Source of the DNA: Amoebidium appalachense
Lineage: Eukaryota > Protista > Ichthyosporea
Direction: 5' to 3'
Assembly (NCBI GenBank): GCA_963693365.1
Contig: CAVNZM010000015.1
Coordinates: forward strand, 3,913,502 to 3,977,501
Length of the DNA stretch: 64,000 nucleotides
Below, in pieces: positions 1 through 64,000 of this stretch. Each line of letters begins with the position of its first letter. The first letter of the stretch is position 1. The notes beneath the pieces were generated by a model. It was not told the DNA's origin. It saw only the letters and a program-made list of their open reading frames with translations, and made no database searches. A program made the position numbers and the translations under genes.

Positions 1-525
1 CAGCTCAAAGTGGGTTCTAGCTTCGGTCACAGACATGGTGAGGGGGGGGTAAGTAAACTTAGCTTGTCTGAGATCAGCGTCAAACTCCCGTCGTCGTCCG
101 TCGTCCAGGTACTTGGCCACCGCCCTGTCAAGCCACTCAAGCTCATTCTCGGGGCGCAAAACCTCAACCACGTCCCCGGAGCCGCCTGTAACAAGAGGCA
201 CCTGTGCGTTGGCCGCTTCGTAGCGGGCGGCCAGCTGGAGTGCGGCCGGGTTGCGGGCTCCACCCGCCACTGTGCGGGCGTACGCAACTGTGCGCACAGA
301 CGGCTCGTCGGTAGGCAGTTGTGTGCTTTCAAGCACTTTCTGGAACTCCAGCATTGAGGAGCCCACAGTGTTCATGATGAGTGTGGCCATCCTTCGAGGG
401 GTTTGGACGTCCTTCCCCTCAGTGGCCTCTGCTGGGCAAACAGCCCTGAGCTTGCTAAGCCACCTAGGGAGGGCGAGGTCCTGAGCGAGGACTAAGTCCC
501 CTGTGATACTAGTCCTACTGCTCAT
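1..525 (-). CDS. 5' part of an intronless ORF running off the window edge, probably retrotransposon Gag-like
   Basis: ATG at 525. At least 175 stop-free codons (MSSRTSITGDLVLAQDLALPRWLSKLRAVCP...ELEWLDRAVAKYLDDGRRREFDADLRQAKFTYPPLTMSVTEARTHFEL). It is missing from the ORF track because there is no stop in the window. Gag identity is inferred from the intronless, helical-looking sequence only. Confidence 0.5.
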   Translation of the reverse strand, partial: MSSRTSITGDLVLAQDLALPRWLSKLRAVCPAEATEGKDVQTPRRMATLIMNTVGSSMLEFQKVLESTQLPTDEPSVRTVAYARTVAGGARNPAALQLAARYEAANAQVPLVTGGSGDVVEVLRPENELEWLDRAVAKYLDDGRRREFDADLRQAKFTYPPLTMSVTEARTHFEL

Positions 526-1892
526 GTTGCCTAAGCCAACTGTTGCTAGCTGTAGGCCTGTGTGTGCGTATGTTTCTTCTACCTCTAACTGTCGAAAAAG
601 TCCTAAGTCAAAGCCACTCATAACCGCTAGGCGTGAAGAGAAAAAAAAAAAAACTAGGGGTGAAAGCAACAGCCCAGAAGGACTAACAGTGCGTGTGCCC
701 CCTCCCTGCAAAAAACTGCAGAGAAAGGGGGTGTAGCTTGTCGTGGCAACAAACAGTGTGTATACAAACTACTCTAACTATCTGCACGCTTAAAGGGGCT
801 CGAAACCGTGTATACGTATAAACTTTTCTTTGAGTTGGGTGGGAAGCGAGAAAACGAGTCCTCAGAAGAACTTCGAAAAGCCCGCGACCCCGCGAGACAC
901 TTCACAGACACGCGGCCCACTGGCCAGACAAATACCACAGTGACATTCAGCCAATCACAACACTCCCTCCCCCACAGACTACACGCACTCCACACCATTG
1001 GCTACCGCCACCTGAGACACCCCTACAGCACTACAACACGTACACACCTTTACTCACAATACATATAAGCATACACACACGCGAGCAGGCAACATGGGTC
1101 TCGCCAAGCACACAGCAAGAAGCAATACAACATATAACATGCAGAGTACAAAGAGGCATGGGGCATGCACGCGCGCACCAAACAATCAGCCGCCGCTGCA
1201 TCAGGTTCTCCCCATACCACTGATTAATCTCCTAATACCCCACTTAGACCCCGGCATCACTATGCAAGAAAACCCCCGAAATTCACTCACCAAAACACGA
1301 AATATAGAAGCAAACTAATACGAATCAGCTCAGCACATGACCGTCAGTGCGTCAACGCACAAGTTAGTAAGTGACGACTGAAGCTTTTACTATGCGAGTC
1401 ATTGAATTTGTGGCAGTAGTGTACCACCACTACTGTATTCTCAGAAGCCTTTGCGGGGTGCCACATATTAATTTATTCATGTAATAGTATTATGTTTAAA
1501 ACGGATGTGACGAGCACATTGATCTGGGTTGGCCGTGTATGTTAGACAACGACACCCATGTCTCATTTTAATAAAATTAAATTTTTTTTAAGAGGCTTCT
1601 GTACAGCCTGGCAGTGATTTGGGTAGAGTCTGTACAGTTAATGATTTTTCTTCGGCATGGCACGGCACACCGCCACGCACACAGTCACACCAACACTGCA
1701 CACACAGTGTCACACGTGCATTTAGTCACACACCGTGACCCCCAAGCACGCACGCACACACACACACACACAAACCGTGACACACACACACATGCACACT
1801 CACACACGCGTGTGTGCGCGCACACACACACACACATACACACACAGAGAGAGAGAGAGAGTCACACAGTCACACACTGACACACACGCACG

Positions 1893-1965
<73 letters not shown>

Positions 1966-2745
1966 TGTGACACACACCGTGACACACACACTCACACCGG
2001 CCGTGGCGCACCACCCTGCTACACTGACCGTCACGGTCACGGTGACACACACTGGCATGCATTTTCAAACTGCATGCAAGGAGTCAGTCAAATCATTTGA
2101 ATACGGTACTACGTAAACCGTTGGCGGCCAGCCAGGCAACCTCAGTGATTTCAGAAGCCTTGTGACCGGGCTAGTATTGAATGTGTACTACGTGACCACA
2201 ACGTCGGGTCACGGCAATACATAAGGCGTACTGTGGATACTGTACGAGGTCTCACATCTGGAATTTGTATATGCAACTCAGGAATACTCATTGCCGATTT
2301 ATTGAAACTACATAGTGACACTTAGAGTTCGAGTAAGTACAAGAGAGCTCGAGTGTACTTGTCAGTACTGTTGCCGGAACGCAAAGTATCACCTTCATGA
2401 TGGCCAAAGTGGCCGCGACCTGGATAGCGCAGTCCGGCCGGTGGCACATTTCCGCCTTGCCCTCCACCAATCATAATCACTCAGTCTCATAATGATGCGT
2501 AACATGATAGTGATGCAACTTAGCAACCTGAAGAGGCTCTCCGGAACCTTTCCATACACACTTGCAACTTAACTTGGGGCCCAGCCGTTACACCTGCATA
2601 TCCCTTAACATGCCTCTAAGTAACACAGTAGCTAGCGCTAGCTGCCTCTGAATCCATTTGAAGGGCATAGACTAAGTAGACTGCAGTCCTAGCGGCGCCG
2701 GCTTAAACTTCAGAGTTACTAACAAAATATCTGATTCTCGTGCAG

Positions 2746-46374
<43,629 letters not shown>

Positions 46375-46590
46375 AACGTTACGATTTTAAATTCTGTTTT
46401 ATTTTGTGAATTGATCCTACCATGGTTGTGTTCGTCTGCTGTGGTTAAGTTAGAAGCTGTGGCCCTGACCCGGTGTTCCGCCTTCCTTCATCTCATGCTA
46501 GATGCGGTTGGTGTGCGGTGATGTGCTCCGATGCTTGCTTATCCCTCTCTCCCTCCCTTTCTCCCTTTCTCCTTTTCTCTCTCTCGCTCG

Positions 46591-46624
<34 letters not shown>

Positions 46625-48060
46625 TACCCTCCCCCCCCCTTGCTCTCCCCCCCCCCCCCCCCCCTCCCCCCCCACCCCCTCTCACCCGTCTTTCCCTTCC
46701 ACCCCCCCCCCCCTTCCCCCCCCCCACCACCCCCCCACCCCCCCATCATCACCACCAATAGACCTCTCCGTGAGCCACCGACTTGATTAAGACTTTGCCA
46801 AATTCAAACGATCATATGGATCCGGCCAATCCATCGATTATGGCGGTGTTTCTACGCACTAAGCCTAGACATCCTTAGCACAGAATACGCAGCATGAAAA
46901 AAAAGCCATTTTGATACCATTTGCTGGCTGGCGCGACGCGACACCGCAAACTTCTTATAAGTAGAAGTCTGTTCAACCAGCTCAACTTAGCTGCTACGAC
47001 TAAGTAAATTTTGGTTCGCCGCAATCTGATCGAGCGAAGGTCGAATGCCGTGGGCTGCGACGCCGCCGCCAAAGGAGAGAAAACCATGGTTGTACTTAGT
47101 AAAACTTTGCGGCTTAGCGTTGCGCTTAGGAATAAATGTTACCAACAGACGCGTAATATTTTCCTGCGTTGCTTGTGAGTTTTTGGTTAGGTTCTGACAA
47201 CTTTAAAGCCTCGAAAATCGAAGAAAACCGCCAGCGAACATAGTAATTTTTGGTCTTCGCTGGGGAAGATTTAATCCCGTGCGATTTCAGCCGGCCGGCC
47301 GTGGAGAGGTCTATAAAAAAAAGAAGGAATAAAAAAAGAAAAGTGAAATGCCTTCCCAAACACACAAAAAAAGAAACACCCGCACACGCATACCGTGGGC
47401 CACGCACACACACAGACAAACACACATACCACCCTCCCTCCAACACTTCATTTCCCCTTTTCAAAATAAAATAGACGGGGGGAATGGGAGAGGGGGCAGG
47501 GAGGGGGGGGGGGGGGGGGGGGGGGGCAAGCACCTCCCCTCAACCCCATGGCATGCCCCAGCCACCTTGCCCCCCCCCCCCCCCCCTCCCCCCCCCCCCC
47601 CCCCACACACCACCACCACCACCACCCCCACCACCTTTGCCGGCATCTCGCTGCACCTAGCTGCTGAACAGCTGTCACCAATAGGAACACAGTGTGAGAA
47701 GACTAGTTGTAAGTGGAAATCCCAAGCTTTGTAATATCTCTGCAGTTAAATTTAACAATACCCAGTCTGTAGGGTAGAATCTACGCAATGGGGTAATTGA
47801 CGCGTATGATACTCCCCTTGCCACAGGTTTCCAGCCAGCCCGGGACTAAGCAGGAGAACGGTCTTGGATGGCTCGTGTTTGGCACTGAAATGAGCCACTC
47901 AGGTGACTGGCTCTTCCGTACAGAGTGCTGATAGTGTATTTTGACTGCTGGTGAAGATCGAACGTCACAAAATAGAACTGTGAAGTATCATAGTATGCTG
48001 ATGAGTACGTTTACCTTGGATCCCTCTCTCTCTCTTCCCCCCCCCCCCCCCCCCCCCCCC

Positions 48061-48200
<140 letters not shown>

Positions 48201-48414
48201 CACACACACACACTCTCTCTCTCTCTCTCTCTGTCTGTCTGTCTCTCTGTCTGTATGTCTGTCTCTCTGTCTCTCTCTCTCTCTCTGTCTCTCTCTCTCT
48301 CTGTCTCTCTCTCTCTCTCTCTCCCTGCCCCCCCCCCCCCTCTCCCCCCTCTCTTTCTCTTTCTCTGAGACTCTCTCTCTCTCTCTCTATCACTCTCTTT
48401 CTCTTTCTCTATCT

Positions 48415-48458
<44 letters not shown>

Positions 48459-49653
48459 CACCCCCATTCCTCTCTGCCTTTCAGAATCTCATTGATCTTT
48501 GACATGACGTAAATAGAGGCGGGTTTGTCCCGGTTTCTTTTGATGAGGGTACGGGCAAAAAGTGCTGCCACCAAATGTATACGGTATCATGTATGTGTAG
48601 TCAAGTATTACAGCCTGCAATGAATAGACTTTGTGGCGTGTATGTGAAGGGTTTAAGTGTGTGGCTTGAAGACTCAGTGTTCATCTACACACATCTCCGT
48701 AGATCATGCGTCTCCACAAGACCCTGTTGCTTTGGATACGTCATCACTGAAATAGGCAGTGCGTACTACTGGCATTTTACTGCATATCGGAACAATGCAA
48801 AACAAAGCTGTCCCATGCTCCTTATCATGCTCTTGCTCGCAGGTGACCTTATGAGTGTGTGCGTGCATGTGCGCGCCGTGTGTGTGGGTGTATGTCGTGC
48901 ACACGCGTGTGTGTGTTCATGGGTAGTGTTTAGATTCGGAATCTCTCTTTTTGGCTGGAAAGGATTGCCTGCTCATTCATCCCTTGAGCTTACTCCACAC
49001 CCACCCATGCAAAATTAGTACACACACGCTGTGCGCGCACACGCACACACAACAGGGGGCCGGGGGGGGGGGGGGGGGGGGGAGGGAGAAAGGGAGGGAG
49101 GGACACTCACACAGCGCATTCACACAACTAGGATCTAAAGTCAAACTTCAAGAAGCCCTCCCCTCCCCTCCCCTCCCTCTCTCACCGTGATGCTTGCACA
49201 CATTTTGACACACATAGACACACGAACACACAGCCATAACAACAGGCACATACACGAGCACAGTGCTAAGAATAGCAATGTTTGCATGCAAAATACACTG
49301 AACATTTTTCTGGGTCACTTTATTGACAGAAATACACCTGCATTCATATGGCAAAGAATAGAAACCTCGGTATGTCCACTATGTACAAGGTGAGCAACCC
49401 ATTTTGGATTCCCGTGTATTTACAAACTTCAAACTATTTACACTGCAAATCGGATTTTTGAACCCTCTCTATGTATATTTGGTTAGAGTCTTAGAGCACC
49501 TGATTCATGACATTCCGCTCATTAGTATTTACATAACAAAATCATACAACCGTTAATAAAACCTCCATTGATCGGCTGCTTAATATTTTTTCTCGTCCTC
49601 CCTTGCACACTGCCGTGCATTTTTAACCCATTATCGGGTCTACAACAATCATC

Positions 49654-52140
49654 CTAATAAGGGTGGGGAAGGGGTGTCGGGCAAGCACTATTCTTAGGTC
49701 TGCACGCAGGGCACAAAACAACCTCAAACCCGAATCCATAACCCGTATTCCAACTGAATGAATCCGCCCCAGCTTGATTTGCCGCACTGTAACCGCCGCC
49801 GCCGCCACCGCCGCCCGAAATGAGAATAATGGGACACTTGCGACGATCGTTGACAATTTGGAGTGCTTGGTGGAAGGCGCGGTTGAATTGTCTGAAGTTG
49901 GTGTCTGTGTTGAGGTCGGAGCCTTGGTTGGGGCCTGTGTATGTGTGTATTTGTGTGTGGGGGGGGGGGAAGGGGGGGGGGGGGGGGGGGGGAGGAGAGG
50001 GCGGGAGGGGGGCGTGGAAGGGGTTGTGTGTGTGTATGTGCGTGTGTGCGCGCGTTTGTATGTGTGTGAGGAGGAGGGGAAAAACGTGATGCAACGGTTA
50101 GCCAATGTCGGAATACTCGTAAACTATACAAAGAAAATTTGCTCAGAGCAACAACACAAAGGTCAGAGCGCGTAAGGCGGGGATGAGGATACATTCACAA
50201 CCAGTGTTTCATTAACATTAGTTAGATTAACAGTCTATGGCATATCAAGTAAAGAGAAGAAGTTGTGTTCACCAAATATCCCGGGGGGGGGGGGGGGGGG
50301 GGGGGGAGGGGGGGAGGGATCCTATATAAATCCAAAGAATAAAAAGTGTACACAGAAAAGAACATAAACGAGGAAGGGATTACTCACGTTTTTGTGCTGC
50401 CGAGCCACCTCCCATCCCCATCCCCATGTAACCATTCTCCGCACACAGACCAGCGTTATACTGATCCTGAGTGCACGCATCAGTGTAGACAGAAGAGCCG
50501 CCGCCGCCGCCACCACCATAGCTGTACTGAAACTGTCCCATAGAAGTATCAAACAGAGTAAAACCACCACCGCCACCCATCCCACCTTCCCAAACATATC
50601 TCTTTGATCCGTCCAAACCAACACAGTAAACACTGTATCCCATCCCGCTGCCACCGCCGCCGTTAATCATGGAGCATTGGGAGTATGTTGGCGTGGGTGC
50701 GGGTTGAAGTGGCGCATGGGCGGGGGCTTTTTTGGTGGGGGGTTTTTGTTGTCGCACAGAATGGGTGCATCGTGTATTGGTCCCATGAAATGCCGCATTG
50801 TGATTGGACGGCGGTGCGCGAGGTGCAGCACGGGTCGTTGGCTGGCGCTGATGCAGTGGCTATATTTTTATTTTTTATTTTATTTTATTGTTTTTGGTGT
50901 TTGGTGGTGCGCGAGGGGGGGGGGGGGATGTGTGTGTGTGAGTGAGTGCGTGTGTGAGTGTGTGTGTGCTTATTGTATGTGTGGGAGGGGGGGTAGGGGG
51001 AAACGAGGGTTAATAAGGAGATAAGGCAGATAGGATCATTCAGAGGGGACAAGAGGGAGTTCCGGGGAGGAGGTGGGGGGTGGGGGGGGGTGGGGGTGAT
51101 TGATATACAGAGGTGCAATGTGATCGTAAGGATAGGGAAGGGAAAGGGGGGTGCAGTGTGTATGTGTGTGTTTGTAAAGGCTCTACGGAAAGCAAACATA
51201 TATGAACTTAGTATATGCAGCCCCTTCACCTAAGTTTTTCTAACGACAGATTTTTTTTAAATTGGTTGATTGGCTCCAACTTTTTCTTATCCAAGGGTGT
51301 GCTGCTCCACCTCTCAGGGGAAACAGGGGGTGGGGGGGTGGGGAAGGGGGGGGGGGAGGGGGGGGGGGGGGGGGGGGGGGGGAGTAGTGAGAGAAGAAAA
51401 AAAAAAGTGGCAGGTAAAGGAAGGGGGAAAAGGAGGGGGGGGGGGGGGAGGGGGGGGGGGGGGTAGGTTACCATTTGTAGCAGTAACCCAGTAGTTCGAA
51501 CACTGCTCAAACACAGTAGCAGCAAGACTCAGATAAATCTCCTTGGTGCAGGTTTTGCTGGCCCACGTGGGCAAGTCACACACATTGTTTGGAGCAACAA
51601 CAGTGTAGTTTGGTGTGGCAAGGGTCCATTCGGGCGGGACGGTGCATGCCTGGGCCGATGAAACCGCGGCCTGGCAATCACACAGACTCTGGTTGGTGTA
51701 TGTGGATGCACACGAGGTGAAGACGTATTGCAGACGCCAGAGGTATTGTGTGGCTGTGCACTGGGATCCGAGTGCTGTCATGCTTGCCCTGTGTGGGAAC
51801 AAGGGGGGGGGGGGGGGGGGGGGGAGGGGGGAGGAAGGGGGGGGGGGGGAGGGGGTGAAGAGGGGGGGATGGGAGGGGGGATGGGAGGAAAGGGGCAAGG
51901 GGGGGGGGGGGGGGGGGGGGGGAAGGGAATGTGGGTGTAAGTGATATGTGGGCTCTGTATGGGAAAGTATCTGAGCTACAGAACTGTGTCAATGATGTCT
52001 GTGTAGTGTAGGTGTGTAATATGCTCCTGCCCCATACTCGTGCCCCGCCAGCTCTCGTTTACTAGGCTTGAGGCACTTTTTTTGTTTGTTTGTTTGATTT
52101 TTTTTTTTTTGTTTGGTGGTGGTGGTGGGGGGGGGGGGGG

Positions 52141-52171
<31 letters not shown>

Positions 52172-52363
52172 AGTATTTCGAATAATCATGAAAAGGAATT
52201 CTCTAAGACATCCTCTCCTAGTATGATAATAAATCAGCGGCCATAATCATCTCCCCTTCCCCTTCCCCTTCCCCTCTCCCCCCCCCCCCCCCCCTCGAGC
52301 CCAGCACTATAAATATGCCACCCTCCCTCTCCCCCCCCCCCCCCCCCCCCCCCCCCTCCCCAA

Positions 52364-52410
<47 letters not shown>

Positions 52411-52994
52411 CCACACACACACGGTACTTACTGAAGTGGTCCCAGGTTCGGCTGGCTGGAATTAGACAAACCATCACAAGCGGCAACCAGCGCATCGGGA
52501 ATAAGACCCAACCCACACTCATTGGACCACGCAGACACATTCCTCAAGCACCCGCACGTTGTATTCTGTCCGCACGTGTAGTATGTTGCCATGCCCCCGA
52601 AATATGTGGTTGTGTTGCATGTTCCCGGTGCCTTCCATTTGCTCGCGGTGGCGGTGGCGGCGGCGGCGCGTGCAGAACGTGCATGTGCTGTAATGTTCAT
52701 GGTGGATAGGTCGGCGTCACGGCGCATAAGACTGTGTGTGATAGGGGTGGATCGGGGAGTAAGTCATATGGTGTGAGAATAAATTGGTAAAGGGGAGGAG
52801 AAAGGGGTGAGGTTGGGCTCGTGCTAAGGGGGAGGGAGGGGGGGGGGGGGGGGGGGATGAGTTTGAGAGATGAACGGCGATTTCGGATCTGAACACATAC
52901 ATTGATTACATTATCTTAGGCTACCGTACATGCTGAAATAGGTTGCCTACGCCAAAATTGTGTCGCATAAAGGAGGCCGGGGAGGAAGGTGAGG

Positions 52995-53028
<34 letters not shown>

Positions 53029-54205
53029 GGGGGGGGGGGGGGGGGGGGGGGGGGGGAGGGATGGTGGTGGCACTGCTGCGGGAATCGCGATGGAGGGGGT
53101 GAGGGGGTAGGGGAAGGGAGGGGGAGGGGGAGGGGTTGAGAGGGGGAAGTATGTGCCGTTGAGGGAGGGGGTTGGGGGAGGGGGGGGGGGGGGGGGGGGG
53201 GGGGGGTTGTAACCTTGTGCCGCACACGTCGTTCAAGATATCGTTGTTTGCAACAGGCAGCTCACCAATCTCATCCACCAACAGTTCAAAGGCCAACTTG
53301 TCCGGGTTCATAATGCAATAGCCATTTCTCAGATCGTTTTTACCGTTTCGCAGACATTTTCTCTCAATGGGAGAGGCGAGTTTGTCCAAAAAGTGTGTCT
53401 GTTTGGTTACCGGAGCCACCTTCTTATTGGGCCATTCCACCTCATCGTTCTCCATAAACTCCAGGCCGCGAATAACACGCTTGTATTTTCCGCTGTCGAT
53501 GTGGCCGGGTGCACCGACGACGTTTGACTGACCGCCAAAGTTCATGCGGATGGTGGATGGCACCTCACTGCAAGGAGAAAGAGAATGGTGGTTATTATTG
53601 AGCTCTTTGCGGTATAGGTTAAACTAAGTGCTTGCTCGCTGGAACTCCGATGTATTCACATTGTATGTTTTTGTCAGCGGCTGTGTGACGCTTTATAATT
53701 ACGATTAATGATTGTGTGGTCAAGATCTAAATGTGTGTTCCGTGTGAAACGTGGCACGTGCACATACTCAAATAAGGCACAGTAGTACTTGTAAATGCTA
53801 TGGCTAGGTAGTGTATGGTCAACAGGTACGTAACAGCATGCCCGGGTACATACACACAAAGTCAACACCTATGTACCAGAATACAACAGTCAAAACACCC
53901 AGCAACTCACAATGAACACCATAACGCTTACATTCTCTACACCCTAACCACGTGTACTCAAAGACCCACCTGCAATCATCTTCGACGTATCCAGCCCACA
54001 GTTTCTCCACATGCTTAGCCACCTGCCTGGCCGCATAGTAACTCTTCATGTCCATCTCCCCGCTGGGCTTGGGTGTGTCCTGCGGCAGGGAATACACCAG
54101 GCGTTTGTAGCTCTTCTGGTACACGTCCCTACCCGCGCCGTTCACAACATCCCCACAGAGGGTTAATAAGCCTAGCCCACAGGCTAGGAACGTTTTCCCC
54201 GCCAT
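49654..54205 (-). CDS. Secreted Cys-rich protein with a C-terminal glycine-rich (poly-Gly segment) domain
   Basis: Exons 54205-53970, 53567-53214, 52731-52432, 51788-51472, 50859-50388 (one frame slip in the A/C homopolymers at about 50740) and 49934-49654, with compatible phases. Signal-peptide-like MAGKTFLACGLGLLTLCGDVVNG. Contains INGGGGSGMG, EGGMGGGGGF, YGGGGGGGS, GMGGGS and ILISGGGGGGGGY. Confidence 0.75.
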
Positions 54206-55728
54206 GCTTCTACACAACAACCTTGTGGTTATTGAGGTGACTGACCGCGCAGCAGGGGTATTTGCGCTGAAGTGACGCACCGGCAGAAGGAAGTGATTGG
54301 GTGTTTAAGGAGGATAAAGGCACGAGGCCGAACGGGAAAACGGCTGTGGTTGAAAGATGTGGACTACATTGTGTTGGGATTTTGCTGCACTCACTAGTGC
54401 CAATTAACGTCGTGAATCTATAAAAGACAGATACCACTTCCCCATGAGATTCCTACACATCATATTTGTTATATGATATATGCTAATGTTAACTCGTTAA
54501 CACTGACAGTAACTTGTATATTGAATGGCACGTGCGCCGTCTACGTTACGAGCTCTAGAGCGGCTTGGGGGACGTGCATAGCTGCACGGCATGCGGCTCA
54601 CGCCTCCGTTGTCTAGATCCTTGCAATTCCCGCTGGTTGAACTGCTGGTTGATACATTGTTTACATCTATATATTGATGGTGATTGTTCTTTGATTACTT
54701 TTCTGGCTACAAGCGAATCAATAAGTCATATGAAATGATTCTTTATTGGCTTGTCTTATCCCTGCTATGTAACTTTCCCCAATGTTTCATATTGCATGTG
54801 CTGGCACTGGTAGTCTGGGACGTGTGCTGACGTGTGCCCGATTGCAGCCTCCTAACCGATCTGTTCAGATTTTAGGTCCGCCAATCAAATAGACGTGGCT
54901 CACTCGTTACCCAATCACATAGATTTTGTGGTGCGCGATGCGCCAATAGTTATATTTACTTAAACCGTACATTCGAATTTTTTTGCACATGTTCGCACGG
55001 ACAAGTTTTTTTGTTTACTGTATCTTTTATCAGCACCATAGTTACTCAGAAGATGCTCTGGTCTATATTTAGCTTTGTGCCGTGCGCACCACGTGTACAG
55101 AAAGCTTCTGGGACTCTACGTGCTTTATAAAGGCTAATATGCTTATAAACACATAATATGCCCCTATGTATTTTTCTTGGGCTGAGAGTATGTTGGTACA
55201 TATAATCGAAAACTTGAAAACGCCCTCGTCTTTCTTTAGTCTTCATGGCACTGACAACAGTGATAATATGCTTTCTGCATGCGTGTGCACACGTGTGCGT
55301 ATGTGCGCGCGTGTGTATAATTTTGTGTGTGCATACTGTGTGTGTATCAGTGCGTACATGTGCGCGTGTGTACAAGTGTGTGTCCGCGTGTGTGTGTGTG
55401 TGCGTGTGTGTTTTTCCGAAAACAATTGCAGGGCACAGTCACTGTCAGTCAGGACGGGATAAAGATAGGTGCAACGATATCCACTCTGCGGCTCCCCGAG
55501 AAAGAAGAAGGCCCAGGGGGGAAGGGGGGGGGGGGGGGGGGGGGGGAGGGGGGAGGAGGGGGCCGGGGGTGACCGCTCGTCACGTGAATGGACGTCCCCC
55601 CTCCCTCTCCTCCGGATCCCCCCTACTTCTTATCGGGTCGTCGAGGGGCACGGTAAGTCACTTTTCCCAACGAGCCTCCCACTTTCTCTCTCTCTCTCTC
55701 TCCCCCCCCCCCCCTCTCTCTCTCTCTG

Positions 55729-55772
<44 letters not shown>

Positions 55773-55778
55773 CCCCCC

Positions 55779-55823
<45 letters not shown>

Positions 55824-56426
55824 ACATCTCGGCTGGGGCTTCTCCCATCGATTTTTCAAAAAAAAATAAATAATTCTCAAACTTACAGGTTTTTTCCGGA
55901 TACAGCTTCACTTACACTGTCACCCTTTACTACCATACATCCTTTCATTACTTACAATTCATGTATTTCGATATAGCATATTCAAGGAAGCCGACATAAC
56001 ACTTCCAATACACAATAGAGGATGCTCTCATTACTTTCTAGAGAACTTTAGATAACACCTACAATCAAACTTCCATTCTCAATCTTGCTACCGACTCACA
56101 AGCTTCATGCATATTCAAAATAATACCAGATAAATTCCAGAGTATGCTCTCAATACTCTGGTTATTATTCTTCAGATGGTACATCGTCATTACGTCGGTG
56201 ATTTGAGGGTAGCCCCGACCCCTGAATCATCAACATATACCAAACCTTATGTCACATAACACTTGCCCCAGCTCACTGAGACCTTACTACCAAAAATCCA
56301 GTTCTCACTCAAGTTATAGGCTTAACTAAGTTTAAGCACGTGTACGTGTACTGTTTGCACCAGTTCGAGATACACGTTTCATTCGTCAACACTCACATAC
56401 ACAAGCACGCACATTCGTGTGTGCAT

Positions 56427-56471
<45 letters not shown>

Positions 56472-56545
56472 GAGAGAGAGAGGGGGGGGGGGGGTGGAGA
56501 GGGGGAGAGAGAGAGAACCATCACAACCGTTAACCAACCCCATAT

Positions 56546-56605
<60 letters not shown>

Positions 56606-56628
56606 GTCACACATTCACAGCCACCAGG

Positions 56629-62920
<6,292 letters not shown>

Positions 62921-63848
62921 ACTGGTGTTGCTGTATTTTTTTTATTGTTTTTTTTTTGGGGGGGGGAGGGCGGGGGGAGTTTGAATGCGTCAAAAAGTAC
63001 GAAGTACACAAGAACAAACGGATAACACGATGCAGAATGCAAGCCATACATAAAGAGTATGCATAATAAGCAGAGCCCATCCTCGGGGGGGGGGAGGGGG
63101 GGGGGGGGGGGGAGGGAACAGGGGAGGAGGGAGGGAAGGGGGGAAGGGGGCGGGGATGGGTGGGGGAAGGGGGGCTGTGTAAGCGTGTTTGTGTGTGTGT
63201 GTTTGTGTTTGTGTTTGTGTGTGTGTGTGTGTGTGCGTGCGTGTGTCCGGGAGAAGATATGTCAGTATCATACTGGTCGGTAAGACTACAGCACATAATA
63301 AACATGATCTGAGACCACCAAAACTATGATGAAATCTCAACTCCCATCCTTCTCCGGCAGTTCACCTGGTCGTTGTGGCACTTCTTTCAATCTTTGCCCT
63401 TACATTTACATTTGACCCCTTAAGCTCACAGAGTTTGTTAGTCTTTTTCTCCGACCCGTACCCCAAAGCTTACACACACCATCTCTATAAAGCTTCGCAT
63501 TTCCACCTTTCTGGCATTATATTCACAAAATTTAAAAATTTAAGGCTAAAAGCACTGTCCATAGGATCTCGAGCAGGGAAAAGGGTGGGAGGGGAGGGGA
63601 GGGGGGGGGGGGGGGGGGGGGAGGGGGGGGTGAAGGGGGGGGAGGGGGGGGGGGGGGGGGGGAGGGCTCTGGTTGTTGGTTGATGAGTGGGTTCGTGATT
63701 TGGTGGAAGTAGTGATGTTACAAGCCTAGACGGGAGGGCCAGGGTATGCGGGTGGATGGACAGAGACGGAAGTGGTGGTGGTGGTGTGTGTGTGCGCGTG
63801 TGCGTGCACACGTGTGTGTGCAAAGGTGTGTGCACACGTGTGTGTGTC

Positions 63849-63936
<88 letters not shown>

Positions 63937-63954
63937 TGTTTTTTTTTTTTGTGT

Positions 63955-63991
<37 letters not shown>

Positions 63992-64000
63992 TACGCACAA

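Noticed and set aside
735-1330. Possible 5' LTR and PBS for the left-edge Gag-like ORF
   Set aside because: No second LTR lies in the window and there is no clear TGG-starting PBS, so boundaries cannot be supported.
2280-2745. Search for the signal-peptide exon of the PAN gene
   Set aside because: No convincing ATG + hydrophobic stretch + phase-1 donor was found. The 5' end may lie outside the window.

Overview
This is eukaryotic, intron-rich DNA saturated with microsatellites: poly-C/G runs, (CA)n and (CT)n occur in almost every intron. Most ORF-track entries are simple-repeat artefacts, and some homopolymer-length errors are likely. The main contents are: (1) One >43-kb + strand gene (2746..46374, 5' end not found) encoding a ~1,550-aa protein with 15 six-Cys PAN/Apple-like modules, each on its own phase-1 exon, interleaved with 24-36 nt single-Cys micro-exons. 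No TM or GPI tail is visible. (2) In its first visible intron, a 14.6-kb element with 32-bp TIRs and a 4-bp ATTT TSD (Sola1-like by inference), carrying decayed spliced cargo genes that include a PhyH-like HxD dioxygenase. (3) In another intron, a 3.4-kb tyrosine-recombinase element with Ngaro/PAT-type split direct repeats, an intact YR ORF, a broken Gag and an almost erased RT/RNase H. (4) A minus-strand secreted Cys-rich protein with a poly-Gly domain (49654..54205). (5) A minus-strand CYS3/MetR/Zip1-type bZIP gene (56629..62920). (6) A Gag-like ORF running off the left edge. All calls were made by eye and no database searches were run.
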